Program-made: the position numbers and the translations under genes
Assembly (NCBI RefSeq): GCF_009914755.1
Contig: NC_060937.1
Source of the DNA: the human T2T-CHM13v2.0 reference genome, Homo sapiens
Reading direction: 5' to 3' (one strand)
Length of the DNA stretch: 64,000 nt
The notes under the pieces: model-generated
Seen by the model: only the letters and a program-made list of their open reading frames with translations
Database searches by the model: none
What the model was told of the DNA's origin: nothing
In this document: positions 39,204 to 54,901 of the stretch, piece after piece
Numbering within the stretch: the first letter of the stretch is position 1
How the letters are laid out: every line of letters begins with the position of its first letter

Positions 39204-39923
39204 TCAAAATCAGCTTTCTTTGATTTTAAGAGCATTTCCTACTTGTTTTCATGTGAATTCACTGCCCACTCCACTTTAATTTTGTTTTCTAGCTCCCTAC
39301 TTTTCTGCTTGATCCTATCAGCACTCTGCAGTGTTTTCTCCTTGACTCTATCCTATATCTGCACCATTTCCCTGACAATATTATCAGTAATGTCTATCTT
39401 AACCACCAGTATTTTTATATGACTCCTCCAGATTTTGGTATCAAACTTCTTGACATCTCTATTTGCCTGTCATCTATGTACAAAACAATACAAAGACTTC
39501 TAGAGACATACTTGCAAAATTTTCAACACTACCACCACTATTATTTTTGTCAACACAAACATAATTTGTCTCCCAGACAATTAATTTGAATCTTTTCTGG
39601 CTTCCTTTCTTCTACTCTCAACCCTGACTTCATACTAATCAATCACTTCTGTCAGTGGCTAGCAGGGTGATCCTTTTAGAGTTTAAGTTATGGCATGTTC
39701 CTTCTCCACTCAAAATTATTTAATGTCTTTATATGCCAGACCAGACTTAAAATTTCTACACAGTCTATAAAACCAGACCATACATTGGCTGGTGTCACAT
39801 CTCGTCTATTCCTGAGGCTATCATCATCAGAGGCTTAATGCAGGTCTCTTGGCCCCCTAGCTTTTGCTTGAACACCCCAGTCTTATACTTGCTAATTATC
39901 TGCCTGAAATGTTATTCCCCCAG

Positions 39924-40601
<678 letters not shown>

Positions 40602-40794
40602 TCAGCAAGCCTTGTTCTTTTAATTCCTTATCCCCTCTTTACTTTTTACTCATTACTCTTTATTACCACTTTCTATATTAACTGTTTTCCCATTTATTTT
40701 ATGATACCTCCTGTAGAATTATGATCAGTGATGGTAGAACTTCATATCCTCAGTGGCCTGGCTTAACATATTTGGTGAATGAATAAATGTACTC

Positions 40795-40960
40795 ATATCC
40801 CAAGTCTCTGGCACTTACTACCTATGTAACTGTTGACATGTTACTTAACAGGTCTAGGGTTAGTAATCTTACTTCTGAAATTCAAATAAAACTGGACCCC
40901 AGTATCATAGAGTTCTAAGAAGGACTATGCAAGATAAGCAATATAAACCATTTAGGCCAG
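40795..40960 (+). mobile_element. MIR relic
   Basis: ctctggcacttactacctatgtaactgttgacatgttacttaac (MIR core-like). Confidence 0.6.
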
Positions 40961-42702
40961 TTAACTAATGTTAGCCCCCATGACCTTTTCCTATCGTTCT
41001 AGTCTCCTATTCCAACTGTGCTTAATATTATCCTTCGGTATCATTTACAATAGAGAGATATATTCTACTTTCATAAGTGCAATTCTTCCAAAACCAATGC
41101 GTCTGGTCCACTCATCTAGTCTCAGGAAATTTAGTATAATTAAGGATAACATACATGGTTTAAACAGTTTTTACTTTTACCTCTCTCATTCATTCACTTT
41201 CTCCTTGCTGTACCTATAAAGCCTATCAAATATAGGACTTTATACACAAAACATATAAAAACATTGAAAAGGTACATCCTTATTTATCTTTTTTTAGAAT
41301 CTCATGATACAGGGTAACCAGACACTTCTATTCTACCTTCAAAGTTTAAATTATTTCTCTTAAAATGATCTGTCACCTGAAGCTTCCAAATGTCCAATGT
41401 CTGCTTATGTCTTTAAAAGACTGCTTGAAAATGATAGATGAGCAGCAACTAAGATAATTCTTCTATTATAGTGTGCATATTGCACAATCAACCACTTGAG
41501 CTGATAGTATTCTCATTTGACAACTAATTTCATTCATGACGGCATTATGTACTGTAAAGATTGATTACTTATATCCCAAATTTCTAGAAAAGAAAAACAT
41601 ATTGTCAAATTAGATTTTTTCATAACATAGCTCCTAACAAAAGTAAACAGAGAAACATAACTAAAGATGCATGAAACAGCAAATAGCAAAAGTTTTTCTG
41701 AAGTAAAACATAAGATAAAACAAATAATTAAAATAATGTGTACAATTTACTATATGTATCAGGAGAAATAAATTCCATAAATTCTAAAGCTGATGAAAAT
41801 TCACCATCTTATTATTCATTCTTGTTATCTATATTCTTATTATTATCCATATTCTTAATTCATTTCAACATACAAATTAAAAGGCAATTGCAGTCTTAAA
41901 GTATGGTCACTGATACTTTGAGACAAGAATGATACTAATGATTAGTATAACAAAATTTCTGTACTGTCTTTGTCAAATAAGTGTACTACAAAGAGTCCAT
42001 ATAAGGGGTTGATAAAGTTGCTGGTTTTGTATCAAAGAAAAGTTGCAATTACTTGTTATCTTTAGTGCCATATTTTATGTCAGTAAATATTTCAGTTAGT
42101 GTTTACTGCTTCAAGCAAAATAATTAATTTACTTTAAAAATCTTGCATAGAAATATTTCCCAAATGTAAGTCATCCTGCTGAGTTTTTTAAATAGGGCAA
42201 AAAAAATTTAAAGCTTTATGATAACTTTATGTTTCTTTGTTTCACATTAGTTCTGACTCTGGTTTAGAAATCTAGATGCTTCATTAGTATGGTAAAAAGA
42301 AACTAAGTTTTAATATTCCCATGTGTACTCAAATTTTGCATGAGGTGAGAAGTTCATTGACCTCTTGGAATTCAACCCTCAGCCCCAGAAAGAATATCAG
42401 GTTCTAAGTTTCTAGTTCTTACAATTGCCAATCAAATCTGCTTTGTGTGGGCACTTTCTTCTTATGATCCTGTACATTTAAAGTTCTGCGGTTAAGGAAA
42501 ATCAAACCATGAAGAATTATTAATGAAGTAAGGATCAATATGTACCTCCATGAATAAAGAATGTAAAATTGACTAAATCCACCTTATTTATGTACTTTTT
42601 TGTACTTATATTTATTTAGTTCATTTCTAGATCATTGACATTTAGTTGGTGGCAGTCAGTTACGTGAGGTAGGCCTTTTTGTGTAATAATTGAAAGGGAA
42701 TT

Positions 42703-43264
42703 TTGGTAGGTTTAATAAGAGTTTAATGATGTTCTTGCCCCAATTGTGGAAATCTAAATATGTTTCTTGCCATAGCAAAAAAAAAAAAAAAAATTTACAG
42801 ATGTGATTAATTTAAGAAACTTGACATAGAGGGATTATTTGAATGTCTGGATGGATCCAAATGTAATCACAAAAGTTGTTCAAAAAGGGAGGCAGGATGG
42901 TCAGAATCAAAATATTTATTGAGATTTTTAAATGTAATATTTGATGTAATATTTAGTGTTTTTTCAAGGTAAAAAATAAGTATAATGATAGAAATCGAGA
43001 AGAGAGAGCGAGAGAGACTTGAAAATGCTAAATTTGGCTTTCAATGGGGAGGAAGGGCCCATGAGCCAAGGAATACAAGTGATCTCTAGAAGCTAGAAAA
43101 GGCAGAGTTGGAATCGCTCCTGGGGTTTCCAGAAAGAACATAGCCCTGTTGACCAATTATTTTTTAGGACTTTTGAACTCCAGGACATGAAAAATATTAA
43201 TTTGTATTATTTTAAATCACTACATTTGTGTTAATTTGTCATAGTAGCAATGGAAAACTAATAC
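42703..43264 (+). mobile_element. MLT1D-like MaLR solo LTR
   Basis: tttacagatgtgattaatttaag, ccatgagccaaggaat, tctagaagctagaaaaggca, gtagcaatggaaaactaatac. Confidence 0.85.
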
Positions 43265-43376
43265 GGAAAATATGGGTGGCTTAAATATGAAATAAATTAT
43301 AATAGATAAATGTTAGAAAATAACTTCACTTTTAAATGATACTATCTGATTATAACAAGTAAGTAATTGAATTAAT

Positions 43377-43862
<486 letters not shown>

Positions 43863-44787
43863 ATGTGTATGTATCAGGAGTATAGATAGCATTTTAAAAT
43901 AATTTTCTGTTTGATATCTACAGGATAAAATAAGAAATCATATTCATGATATTGTAGTTTATTAATGAGTATGGAATTTCATAATAAAATTATATAGATC
44001 TTTTAAAGAAACAAATCAAGCAATTTAAAACTTCTTTTCATATTTCTATAAATAAGACAATTTCTGTAAAGCTAACTTTTGATAATGTAGGACGTGATCA
44101 TTTGTTTTCAAGGAATTTCTGCTGTTCTGAAAATTTTTGCCATCAAGAACTTTGAGCCAGTTTTGGCTCCAGCTCTTGTGCCTTAGGGTGATAAGACTGT
44201 GGGTGACCATCCAACTGCATCAGCAACATCTGGAGCCCAAATCTCCACTGAGAAAAAACAGCAGGGAGGACCAGCAGAAATTATGCCAGATGTACTATAA
44301 TTATTATATTTGCGAAATAAGTTGGTTTCATGTGCTTTATCACTTTTAACACTTTTTAAATATCTGATAAATTTGGTGCTTCATTTAGGGTCTTTAATAG
44401 TATGAAAAATCTCTGTGAATTTCATAATAAAAAGATAAAGAATTTTACTATAACTTTCTAAATTTGAAAGGAAAACCTGGTAAATAAATAGCAGATTGTT
44501 AGAAATAGTTTAACTCAACAAATGATCCAGAACCACTACTAAGAAAGAATAATGGCATGGTCTTCTTGTTCCTTTGTTTTAAATCAATCGTTATTAGTGC
44601 CTATGACCAGAACAGTAGGGCAATTTTTATGAAAAAGCACAGAAAAGATGATTTAATTTAATTCCATTTTCAAACTATTTAACAGTACTAGATAAAATAA
44701 TATTAAAAAGCAAATTAATGTGCCAGAATCCTCACAGAGTCTAGGAGCTAGAAATACTAAACTACACAAGAAAGAGTATAACACACC

Positions 44788-45222
44788 ATGGCAGGCACAG
44801 TACATTGCCTGGCCAATATGGGTTTACAAACCCCTCTTTTCCCACTGACTTTGTTCCAGGTTAACTTTGCTCGGCCAGTAAAACTTAAGGTCAAGTCTCC
44901 TGGGATGTTTTTGGTGAAATGTCTACTTTCTCACTAAAGTGCAAGGCACAGAGTTTTACCTTCTTACCTTTAACATTTTATTCTACCTAATATTTAGATT
45001 TGATGTTAAGGATTGTGATAGCCCTATGGTAATCATAAGGTGATGAATAAAGGACAACAGACAGCAAAAAAGAAATCCTGTATGATTTTTGTTATGCACA
45101 AATAGATGCCAGCATCCACCACCCTCTAGCCTTCTTGGTAAATGGGTTAATAAATTTCTGCATAGTTTAAGCCCCTATTACTTATGGCCCCTGTTTCTTT
45201 CAGCAGACTGCTTTTTCTGATG
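44788..45222 (+). mobile_element. Old MLT1 (J/K-like) LTR
   Basis: tctagccttcttggtaaatgggttaataaatttc...gtttaagcc...ctgtttctttcagcagac. Confidence 0.55.
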
Positions 45223-45862
45223 GTAAAGAAAATGTAACTATCTTGTGGTCAAAAAGGGACTAAAATAATTTATTTACTTAGTATTAGTGAGAATTTGTAA
45301 ATTAATGAAATAATGTGGATATGTGTGTATTTCATTATATTTGCATATATACATACACATATATACATATATATAAATGTCAGTATATGATAAGTATTTT
45401 GAGAAAAACTTAATCAGATAAGGATATTGAGATGTCACTTTACATGAGGATTTTTCTGAGTACATGATGTTAAAGTCACATGGATGAATGATATATTTGT
45501 TCCGTGTTTTTAAAATTAATTTTATTGTTTACTTTTAATCTATGGATAAGGAAATAAATCATGGCAGAAGGGCTGAACATTTTTCAAGAATAATGGAAGA
45601 AAATAGAAAACAATATGGTAAGAAGCAATAAGATCTAAAAGCTATAAAAAAGTGATAACAGAAATATAAATATAAATATAAATAAGTAAATGTAAATATG
45701 ACACACGTTTGTACCTTTCTTTGTTTACACCTGTTTATATTCAGTGATCTTAAATCAAATTCTCTGCCTTCCAAAATGTTTTATTTGTAATAATCTATTT
45801 TTGAATAAAATGATTTAATAATATACATATTGTAGAGTCTACATGTTCCCCTGTCTAGGTGA

Positions 45863-46236
<374 letters not shown>

Positions 46237-47132
46237 ACAAATGTTACCATTCTTGAACATACAGCTACATATTACTTATAAGCACTTATTTAAAAAAATA
46301 ATTCAAATAGATTATTTGTCAGTAATTCTACACCTAATAATATAATTATCAAAATAGAACTTTGTAGTGTGCATCATAATTCTCCAATATGTTTCATCAT
46401 GGAGTCCTTTTAAAGGTTGTTCAATAATTTTCCCTATTTGAAGGAATAAAACTGAGTTATGAAAATACCAATAACCACAAGGTATGTATTTCTACTCTAG
46501 ACATGACTTGTTTACTTACTTTTGTTTACTTTTGTTGAATATGCCACATGATATGTTCATACTGTGGTCTAGGGCTAACCTCTGAACCTCTGAGCTCATT
46601 TCTCCGAACTTTTTTTTTTTTTTTTTTTTTTTTTTTCAGAATCTTTGTGCTCCATGACTGGGGTTCCCATAAGATATTTTTCAATAGGTCACTGCTCAGT
46701 GTCACCTTCTCTATATTTCTCCCTTATTCCCAGCAAAGTTTATTACATCTGCTCCTTAGCTTCTTGCATTTTGCTCAGAAACCAGTGAAAGAAATGATTT
46801 TTGAGATCTTGTATCTATTACATAGATCGTATTGCAACTGTATTTCAGATGTTCCTGGAGAAAATATATGTACCTAAAAAGTGGAAGAAATTTCAGGCAA
46901 CATAGCAAACCAAATGCATAATATTTTTATGGCAAGACATAAATACACTTAAATGTACACTATATGTGCAAAGTAACAGATTTTCTAGAAATAGTGAATA
47001 AAGAAATAGCAAATAAAAGTGTTATCTGAACCTCCCTTGACTGAATCACAGTTGGTGACTATATATTCACCTACAGTTAGTGATGCATTTCCAATGTAGT
47101 GTTCTTGAAAATAAACACTGGGAAGGCCAACA

Positions 47133-47335
47133 GTAATAAGAGCAAACCATTTTGAGGGCTTATTATAAACCACACATCATATTAAGTGCCCTACCTGGAT
47201 TATCTCATTGACTCCTCCTTAGCACATGATATCTGCATTTTCAAAGTGGGAGAACTGAGGTGTATAGAATATAAGTGACTGAGATGAGGTCCAAATGTAC
47301 TCGTTGTGATTCCAAAGGTCCTACTCTTAACCTAC
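47133..47335 (-). mobile_element. MIR relic
   Basis: attatctcattgactcctc...cattttcaaagtgggagaactgagg...gattccaaaggtcctactcttaacc. Confidence 0.75.
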
Positions 47336-48859
47336 ATAACATATCCACATTCACAGCTAGGTCATATAGGACCTAGGATTTTCATAGGATTTTCATAGGA
47401 TTGGGCAGAAGGCTACATAAGGAAAACTCAACAGTTGGGGAAATGTGCTTAGGGACAGTGAGAGGGGAAACTGGTTTTGTCAACCTACAAAAAAAAAAAA
47501 AAAAAATTTAAGAAAGATTATTGATACTGGTTCACCGCTACTAGAAACTGCCAAATAAATAAATATGTGGTGAGATACTTGAACATAAAAGATGTCAAAC
47601 TGCAACAAATTTACTTTTATTTGCTACTTGCTAACTTGGATTCCAGAAGTTGGGGTGGGATGGGGGTTGTATGGAAGCATCATCGCTTAATTTTGCCTGC
47701 AGTAGCTTGAAAGTTTTATTTGTCAATGAGCATGAGAGTATATTATTCATATAATGGCTATTTCCAGTTTTAAGTGTCTGGTTTTATCACCATCATTTTA
47801 TAACCAAGCCCTCAGCTAAGCACGGATTGATGTTGATAGTGTTCTTTCCCTTTTCTCATTATGCGCTCTGAGTGCAATACACTGATGAATCAGGCTGAGA
47901 GATACCATGTCCTTTGAGCCAGTGTGAGGGGGACACATTTTAAATCGGAACACAGGAATAAAATTTAAATGGAACACCATCGCTATTCCCTAGTGAATAA
48001 GCTTATATTCTTCCATGAAAACTGATAAACGTCAAAATCCCCTCTGTTGATTGAAGAAAAAGAGCACATTTTTTTTTCTTCACTGTCCTGTCTTTTCAGT
48101 ATAAAAAAGAAGTTGGAGAGAGGACTTGACAAAACACATATAGTTAGATGCTGAGTCTGGTTGCAGAATAGAAACATTCAAAGACTAAATAGTTGAAATA
48201 AGTTGACGAATCATTGCTAATATGACATGGGGGCAAAAAAACAAAGATGTTGTGAGCTCCCAAGCTGAGTTTTGGGATACAGAGAAGAACCAGGCCAGGT
48301 AAGGACAATCCAGGATTTCGCAATTGGAATCCACAAAAAAATTACATGAACAACAGTGTTGAATTCCTAAAGTTTAGTCTTTGTGGTACATTAAAACATA
48401 CGCCACACACAAACACACAAAACCTTATTTTGATAGAGTACCAAGTTGCTCTCTAACTCTAGGTTTGTTATTTTGTCCACTATTTGCTTCAGCAATACTA
48501 CAATGATTTGACTTACACCCATCTCTTTCTCAAGCTGCTATTACCTTGTCAAAAATCTTACGGAATAAGACACGTTCCTGAATAATATTTATCACTATTT
48601 TCCTATTATCTGATAAAGCTTTCATACTATTACCAGAAATATCATTCTAGAATATTGTTCTTATGTTATCATTTTTATTTTTTGCAAATTTTAGTGGTCT
48701 CCAATGACCTGGATAATGGTTTTGAAACAGAAACAAATCCTACAAGGTCCTATGACAATGTGATCATTGTCATACTATTTCCAGCCTCTTCAACAACTTA
48801 ACCGGGTACTGTAAATTGCTTTGAACATACCATTGATCTCCTCCAATGTATTCTCTCTA

Positions 48860-49474
<615 letters not shown>

Positions 49475-49619
49475 CTATCTTTTCCAAAGAGAATCTTACA
49501 TATAAAATCCTGCATCTGCAGCAAATACTCTGAAAACTGCTTTTTCCCTGAAAACTGTGTTCCCAAATCTGAATACCTTTCCTCCCTAAAGCTGCATTTG
49601 TAGCATTTAAATATTGATG

Positions 49620-50098
49620 TTTAACAGTATCTCCCAAGGCTCTCTTATTATATTATATTTTACATTTTTGCATTTCTTTTGGGAAAATCATTCACTCTCA
49701 GGGCTTCAGTAATCCTTTTTGGGCAGATGACATTCACATTTATATATTTGCCAATAGCACTTCCTAGAATAATAGCTCATATACCTAAATAGCTACCAGA
49801 GTTATCCATCTGAATGTCTCAGCAATACCTCATAGTTTTTAAACTAAATTCTGATCTTTCCTGTGAAACTAGCCCCTGACCCCCCAGAATAAAAATTCTA
49901 GAATAGGTGCTATTCATTTTGAAGCTAAAGCCAGAAAACTGTCATTCTTGATTTATTCCTTTTTTTTCACTAACCACAACCTAGGTCTTAGATTTTTCTC
50001 TATTTCTATTACTGAACTCTTCATGCTCCTCATGCTGGTCTCTATGAATCTACTCTGGTACTCTCCAAACCGTTTTACACATTAATACCAAATATATA
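49620..50098 (+). mobile_element. L2 relic
   Basis: tcattcactctcagggcttcag, cagatgacattcacatttatat, ccatctgaatgtctc, aagccagaaaactgtcattcttga. Confidence 0.6.
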
Positions 50099-50513
50099 TA
50101 CATACATATACATATGCATAGCTATGAAATACATACATATATGTATATATGAAATAACTATATATGTATATATAAAAAGCATCACATTGTACACTGTATA
50201 CACATATACATGTGTATATATAATATATTCATATATGTACATATATACACACATATGTACATGTATACACATATGTACACGTGTGTATATATATACACAC
50301 ACATATGGTGGGCTCTGTGAATCTACTCTGGTCCTTTCCAATCCATTTTACACATTAAGGCCAAATATACATGTATATATAATTTGCCTTAATCTGTGAA
50401 TGTGTATATAAAATACAATGTTTAAAAAAAATACATATATTACACGTAAATATATTTGGCCTTAATGTGTAAAATGGATTGGAGAGGACCAGAGTAGATT
50501 CAGAGATCAGCAT
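50032..50513. repeat. Direct plus inverted triplication of a ~65-bp unit embedded in TA-rich microsatellite
   Basis: Copies at 50032-50096 (+), 50305-50369 (+) and 50450-50513 (-), with a partial inverted copy at 50382-50402. Confidence 0.92.
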
Positions 50514-50544
50514 ACACACACACACACACACATAAATGTATGTA

Positions 50545-51560
50545 TTATATGTTTATATATATATGGTGTACGTGATGTTTAGATATACATAGTAAGGTGA
50601 TTACTACAGTTAAGCAAATTAACATACTTATTATCTCATATAGTTTTTTCTTTTCCTTTTTTTTAAATTATGCATATATTTGAAACTATATAACCATTTC
50701 CAAGTTTAAATAACTGGTAAGAGTACCTAAATTCTACTCACTTGGCAAATTACCAATAATAATATTGTACAGTATACAGTACAATATTATTAACTAGAGG
50801 CTTTTTTTTATACATTAGCTCTCTAGACTTATCTAGCCAATATAACTGCAACTTTGTACCCTTTAACCTATACCTTCCCAATTCTTCACCTACAGCTCCA
50901 CCCAACCCACCCTAGCATCTGCTAGCCACCACTCTACTTTCTGTTTCTATCTATTCCCTTTCTTTTAAATATTCCCCATATTGAATCTGTGAAAGATGAT
51001 TATACAAATTGGGCCATTCTTGTCATTCTAACTAAAACAGAGTTGAGAAGCCAGCAGGGAAAAACACTCAGGTGCAGAATGTTGCTCCAAAAAATGTAAT
51101 TCACTGCAAGCCCTGCAGCTAAAACTGCCTGCTGTAACCCTAAGCCAGTTTTGTCAAATGGCTCCTAAAAGAGCTGCTGTAACTCTAAGACTAGTTTTGC
51201 CCACCACCATCACTTACCAGTCAAAACTTGCCTCCTCCTCAGAACCTTACTAGTGCCAGTGACATTTCTCAAAGAGCAATATGTAATATTTATACTTTTT
51301 ATAAGACCTCTAACCTTCCTTTTGTTCTTCGGACATATTGAAGACAACTCGGTTTGCATGTATGCCCTGAATTGCAATTATTTTCTCCCAAATAAACTAT
51401 TTTAATTTCAGAGATTTGTCTCTGTAGCTTATTTGACTTTAACAAATAATAATAATAATAAAAATACTGAGACCCTGCAGTATGTCTTTCTGTGTCTGAC
51501 TCCTTTCAGTTTTAATAATATCCTCTAGGTTTATTGATTTTGTAGCACAAAATGTTTTTT
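50545..51560 (-). mobile_element. L1MA (approx. MA9-10) 3' UTR, interrupted by an LTR
   Basis: gattactacagttaagcaaattaacat, tacattagctctctagactt, aactgcaactttgtacccttt, gcagtatgtctttctgtgtctg. Confidence 0.85.
50988..51444 (+). mobile_element. ERV solo LTR (LTR47-like)
   Basis: TG...CA; tgtgaaagatgattatacaaattgggccattcttgtca...aactctaagactagtttt...aataaa...ttgactttaaca. Confidence 0.75.
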
Positions 51561-51873
51561 ACATTGACTTTATTCACTTGGTTAATATTTCTCTTAACTT
51601 TTTATCGCTATTTGGAAAAAAAGTACAGTTCTTCAAGAGGTTTAAAGACCCACTAACGTAATCGCTGCCTCCCTTTCTAACCTGGTTACAACTAATCTGC
51701 TCCTGGTTTTTGTGCCTGAACCTTCCTGACCTTGTTTCAATTTCACCATTGTTCCATGTTTTCTCCTACCACTGATATTTTGCACATTATTTCCCTTATA
51801 TTCCATTCTCTTAAAATCAGAACCCCCATTATCAGTATTATGCTATCTTTACTCAAATGTCACAATTTAGGAC

Positions 51874-51992
51874 ATATTCTGACTTGATCATTACACATTA
51901 TATGCATATAAAAAAATACTACAGGTACCCCATAACGAGATGCAAATTTTATTTATCAATAAAAATAAATACATTAAAAGATTTAAGAAAAT
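51874..51992 (+). mobile_element. Short L1MA/L1PB 3' tip with TSD
   Basis: ctgacttgatcattacacattatatgcat...gtaccccataa...atcaataaaa; TSD AATTTAGGAC at 51864-51873 and 51993-52002. Confidence 0.8.
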
Positions 51993-52254
51993 AATTTAGG
52001 ACGACTATAAATTTCCCTAAGATACTATTCCTAATCCTCCATTCAAATACAGGGTATTTTTCTAACTTATTTTTCACAGAACCCATTTGCCTTTATAACA
52101 CATCTTAATCTGTATTTCTACATTTATTGTTGTTTCTTTTTTTCCAGTGCTAGTGTACCCATTACACCAAAAGAATGATAGCAAGCAGGGACTATATATC
52201 CTTTTGCTCACTATCTTATTCCCAATGTCTTGCTGTGTTCCTAGTACGGAGTAG

Positions 52255-52992
<738 letters not shown>

Positions 52993-54901
52993 GTGGGAAA
53001 TCTCAAATTTGTGAAATGCATGAGGAAACAGGTAAGTCTGCCTCTGGTATTTTATGAAAACAATTTAAACTATTTGAAAAGTTTCCATAACTTCTTACTG
53101 CAACTCTCTGGATTAATTAGAAAGACATTGTTTCTATAAAATTGAGATAACTTCATTGTCCAAATAGAAGGAAATGAAAAGATATAAATATTTTCTTTGA
53201 ATTTTGTTGGTAGCTTCTAAATAATTAGAATAATTGGCAGCTTCTAAATAATTCTTAAATATTATACTTAGTACAGAAATAATTTGCAAGTTATACATAT
53301 TTACAACTTGACTTATGCTTTGAAAATATCCTTAAAATAACAGAAACTTATTTGAAATATTTATTATGACTTATTCTGTGTAAAGATTTTTCCACTTTAC
53401 ATAACGGATGAGTTCTACATTAGCAATACTATAACAAGTACTGTTTTTTTAAGTAGAGGTTATGAAGCCTCTATAACTCTTAGAACCTTTGTGATTTTTC
53501 TTCAGAGTACCTTCTGAAGTCAAAGGTCTCCAAAAGCAAAGATAAAAGCTATACATGGACTCTGTAGGGAACAACCACACAGAATGAGTTGAATGATACT
53601 CTGGGAGCCATCTTTTGAAGATAGATACTCTCTCTGGGTCAGGTTGGAGTACAGTGTTAATGTCAAACGACCATCACACAAACCAAGCTCCCCTGTGACT
53701 TTAGCAGTGATGTATACTCCCAATAAAGAAGTCATTATGAGTTCCTCCAATGACTGACCCCATTTATATAGTATCTAATCTATTTCTAATGAAAATACAC
53801 TGGTTAGATGCACTTACAATCTTTGTAAGTAATCATACTCTGCATTTTATACATTCTGGATTGCCCATTTCCGCAAGTCTTTGCAGTGTATGCAATTGCC
53901 TGCTATAGAATCATGATTTTGAATTAAAAAAAATAAAATTATTACATTGAACGGCCTGCCTGGACTTGGAAACAGACCCTACATTGTCTTTATCAGAAAA
54001 CATGCTATTTAAAAACTAAATGCAAAGAATCAATGGAAGTACTTTAACCTAAGGCACTCCAAATAATAGAGAGATGCTATCAAAATAGAATGTTTCCAAT
54101 CCAAATAAAGATTAGTATCCAGGAAGGGGAATAAGGAAAACATTAAATGCCTTATAAATTACAAGGATGTAATTAGTTGGCAGTTTAATTAGCTAATGAC
54201 TTAAGTTATCTGAGTTCTTAGAGAAGAAGTTCAATATGAATGCTAAGAGTTATGACTGTTAGAAGCCAGATAACTCATACTAAGGAAACAATTTATATGA
54301 ACTAGAAAATATTTTATGAGCTTTAAAATTATAGTGGTGATGGTAGTACATAATTTCAGTATAGCTAGAAAGGAGAAAATATTTATTATGCTTATTAGAG
54401 AAGAAAGATAATATTTTTAGCTTAAGAAAAACAATATAAAATAGACATTTCATAAAAGCATATTTAAATGCACCTACATTGTTATTTTATTCCTGTGTTC
54501 CATAATTGTTAAGTCTAGTTTCCCAGCGCAGATGATCTATCATATAAATTGACTTGGAATATAATTGATGTTCTCCGCATATCAGTATACTTCAATTTAT
54601 GTTTTAGCCATTAAAAATATATATTCAGCATTTCTGCGCTGATTAAATACTATAATAAATCTGATTTTACTGAAAAAGTCAATGCAAATTTATTTTTTAA
54701 AATTGTAATATATTAGTTGTCTCTGAAATTTTTTTTATAATCATTTGAACATTTGAAAAGCAGACAAAGCAAAAATACAGACTAAGGAAATATCTGTATT
54801 ATTCTTTGAGTATTTTGGTAAACTGTTTCTGTGAACACTTTTATAAATAAACTCTTTACCCTTCCTGGGAGCCTTGCAATTGTGACTGACAGTTTTCTTA
54901 G

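Noticed and set aside
46610-46636. T27 tract followed by cag as a splice acceptor or retro-tail
   Set aside because: No downstream donor, element body or TSD that I can identify; treated as a simple mononucleotide run
47800-47995. Repeat-free stretch with a few CpGs and a loose REST-like motif (ctcagctaagcacgga)
   Set aside because: Motif spacing does not fit RE1 and conservation cannot be judged from sequence alone
50075-50399. Y/I/H/T/C/V/M-rich ORFs (also 25734-26009)
   Set aside because: Translations of alternating purine-pyrimidine microsatellites
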